Shown here: piece by piece, positions 62,867 to 64,000 of the stretch
How the letters are laid out: the number at the start of each line of letters is the position of its first letter
Numbering within the stretch: the first letter of the stretch is position 1
Origin: Lama glama
Lineage: Eukaryota
Reading direction: 5' to 3'
NCBI GenBank assembly: GCA_028534125.1
Contig: CM052817.1
Coordinates: 26,724,001 to 26,788,000, forward strand
DNA length: 64,000 nucleotides
The notes under the pieces: model-generated
What the model was told of the DNA's origin: nothing
What the model saw: only the letters and a program-made list of their open reading frames with translations
The model's database searches: none
Made by a program: the position numbers and the translations under genes

Positions 62867-62955
62867 CTTTAAGATCATTTCTGGGGTCCCCAACCTAGTA
62901 GCCACATGATTCCACCAGCCACTGGGAAAGTCCTTTACAGTGCCAAGTGATGGAT
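62867..62955 (-). other. Candidate 89-nt exon
   Basis: Minus-strand acceptor catgccctttttag|A and consensus donor AAG|GTGAGT. One frame is open (DPSLGTVKDFPSGWWNHVATRLGTPEMILK) but I do not recognise the peptide. Confidence 0.35.
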
Positions 62956-63789
62956 CTAAAAAGGGCATGTGGGCACACAGAGGGAGCTGTACCTCCAAGG
63001 ACCAAGAAATACAATTCTGCCAAACCAAGGAAAACTGTGCAATGCAGAGAGAGAGAGTGAGGCTGGGGCTAGCAAATCAGTACGACAGATCAGAGAGTGG
63101 TTGTGCCACTCGGTAAAGGCAAGACTGAAGTTTTGTAAAAGGTTCTGGAGAAATATTAAAGACTCGGACAATGACACCAGCCCTCATTTCATGCCAGGTC
63201 AAGGGAGAACACTTAACTGAGCTTGGCAATCAAGAAAAAAATCTAGATGGAATCTGCAGCAGCAGTTGGCATTTGGCCAAATCTCAAAGGTCAAAAGAGA
63301 TAGCTTAAAAAAAAATAAACTTGTCTTGACATTTACTTTCAGAACAATCATTAATTATGATTAAATGACAAAAGAAAATGTGATCAACAATATAGCAACA
63401 TGAGTTAGTCGAGTGCAATCATCTGTAGGGCATGCAATTCACAAGACTGGTTCAAAACAGAGCTGTAAGACTGAGATGGAAATCACAAAAAGATTGCCAA
63501 AGACGAGGCTTTGATTTGGAAACAGAGAAGTGCTAGAGTGATTGCACCATCCCCACACTTAGCTTCTGCCTTGCTCGTTACTTAGTCATCCGCCTCCATC
63601 AAGGGCTCGCGGTGGCACAGAAAATAATGAAACCAGAGGAACCAGAGAAAATATGGCAGCTTAGCAGGAAAGGTCTGGGGGAAAAAAATCATGCTTATTC
63701 AGAAAGATGTGTTCGTGGTTAAACTTTGAGAACACACAAGTAGTACTACACTTTCAGTCATACTTGTGCTGTATAAAAAGCCTGTGTTT

Positions 63790-63940
63790 TATTCATTTAT
63801 TCAACAAATAGTTATGGAGTACCTACTCAATGGCAGACTCTGCTCTAAGGTGCTTGGAATGCATGAATAAATGAAGCAGACATTCTAGTGGGAAGAGACA
63901 ATGAGCCATATAATCATATAGCATGCCAAAAGGTACTATA
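63790..63940 (-). mobile_element. L2 3' fragment
   Basis: attcatttattcaacaaatagttatggagtacctac...tgctctaaggtgcttgga. Confidence 0.75.
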
Positions 63941-63955
63941 TTAAAAAAAAAAATA

Positions 63956-64000
63956 GGGGGAGGATACAGCTCAGTGGTAGAATGTGTGCTTAGCATGCAC
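63956..64000 (+). mobile_element. Camelid tRNA-derived SINE, cut by the window end
   Basis: gggggaggatacagctcagtggtagaatgtgtgcttagcatgcac. Confidence 0.9.

Overview
Mammalian non-coding genomic DNA, most likely camelid (camel/alpaca/llama). The taxon call rests on nine copies of a tRNA-derived SINE with the head GGGGAGGGTATAGCTCAGTGGTAGAG...GAGGTCCTGGGTTCAATCCCCAGTACCTCC (vic-1-like). The window is a mosaic of L1 fragments (including about 3.1 kb of decayed ORF2/3'UTR), L2, MIR, hAT MITEs (MER3, MER20, MER58, MER81, Charlie1/MER33-like), MaLR LTRs and microsatellites. It also has three assembly gaps. I can support no protein-coding exon; the listed ORFs look like chance or repeat-derived frames. 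L1 and SINE copies lie mostly on the + strand. Several good splice donors, each with a candidate acceptor, lie on the - strand, and CpG-retaining unique DNA sits next to the 32.2 kb gap and at the left edge. Together these suggest the 5' intronic/leader region of a minus-strand gene with small non-coding exons and alternative promoters; I could not identify the gene with confidence. I found no convincing novel biological system. The most concrete oddities are SINE variants: a SINE/L1-tail chimera, a hairpin-mediated internal inversion, and a tail duplication around a 26-bp palindrome. Repeat subfamily names are by-eye assignments and boundaries are approximate unless target-site duplications (TSDs) are given.
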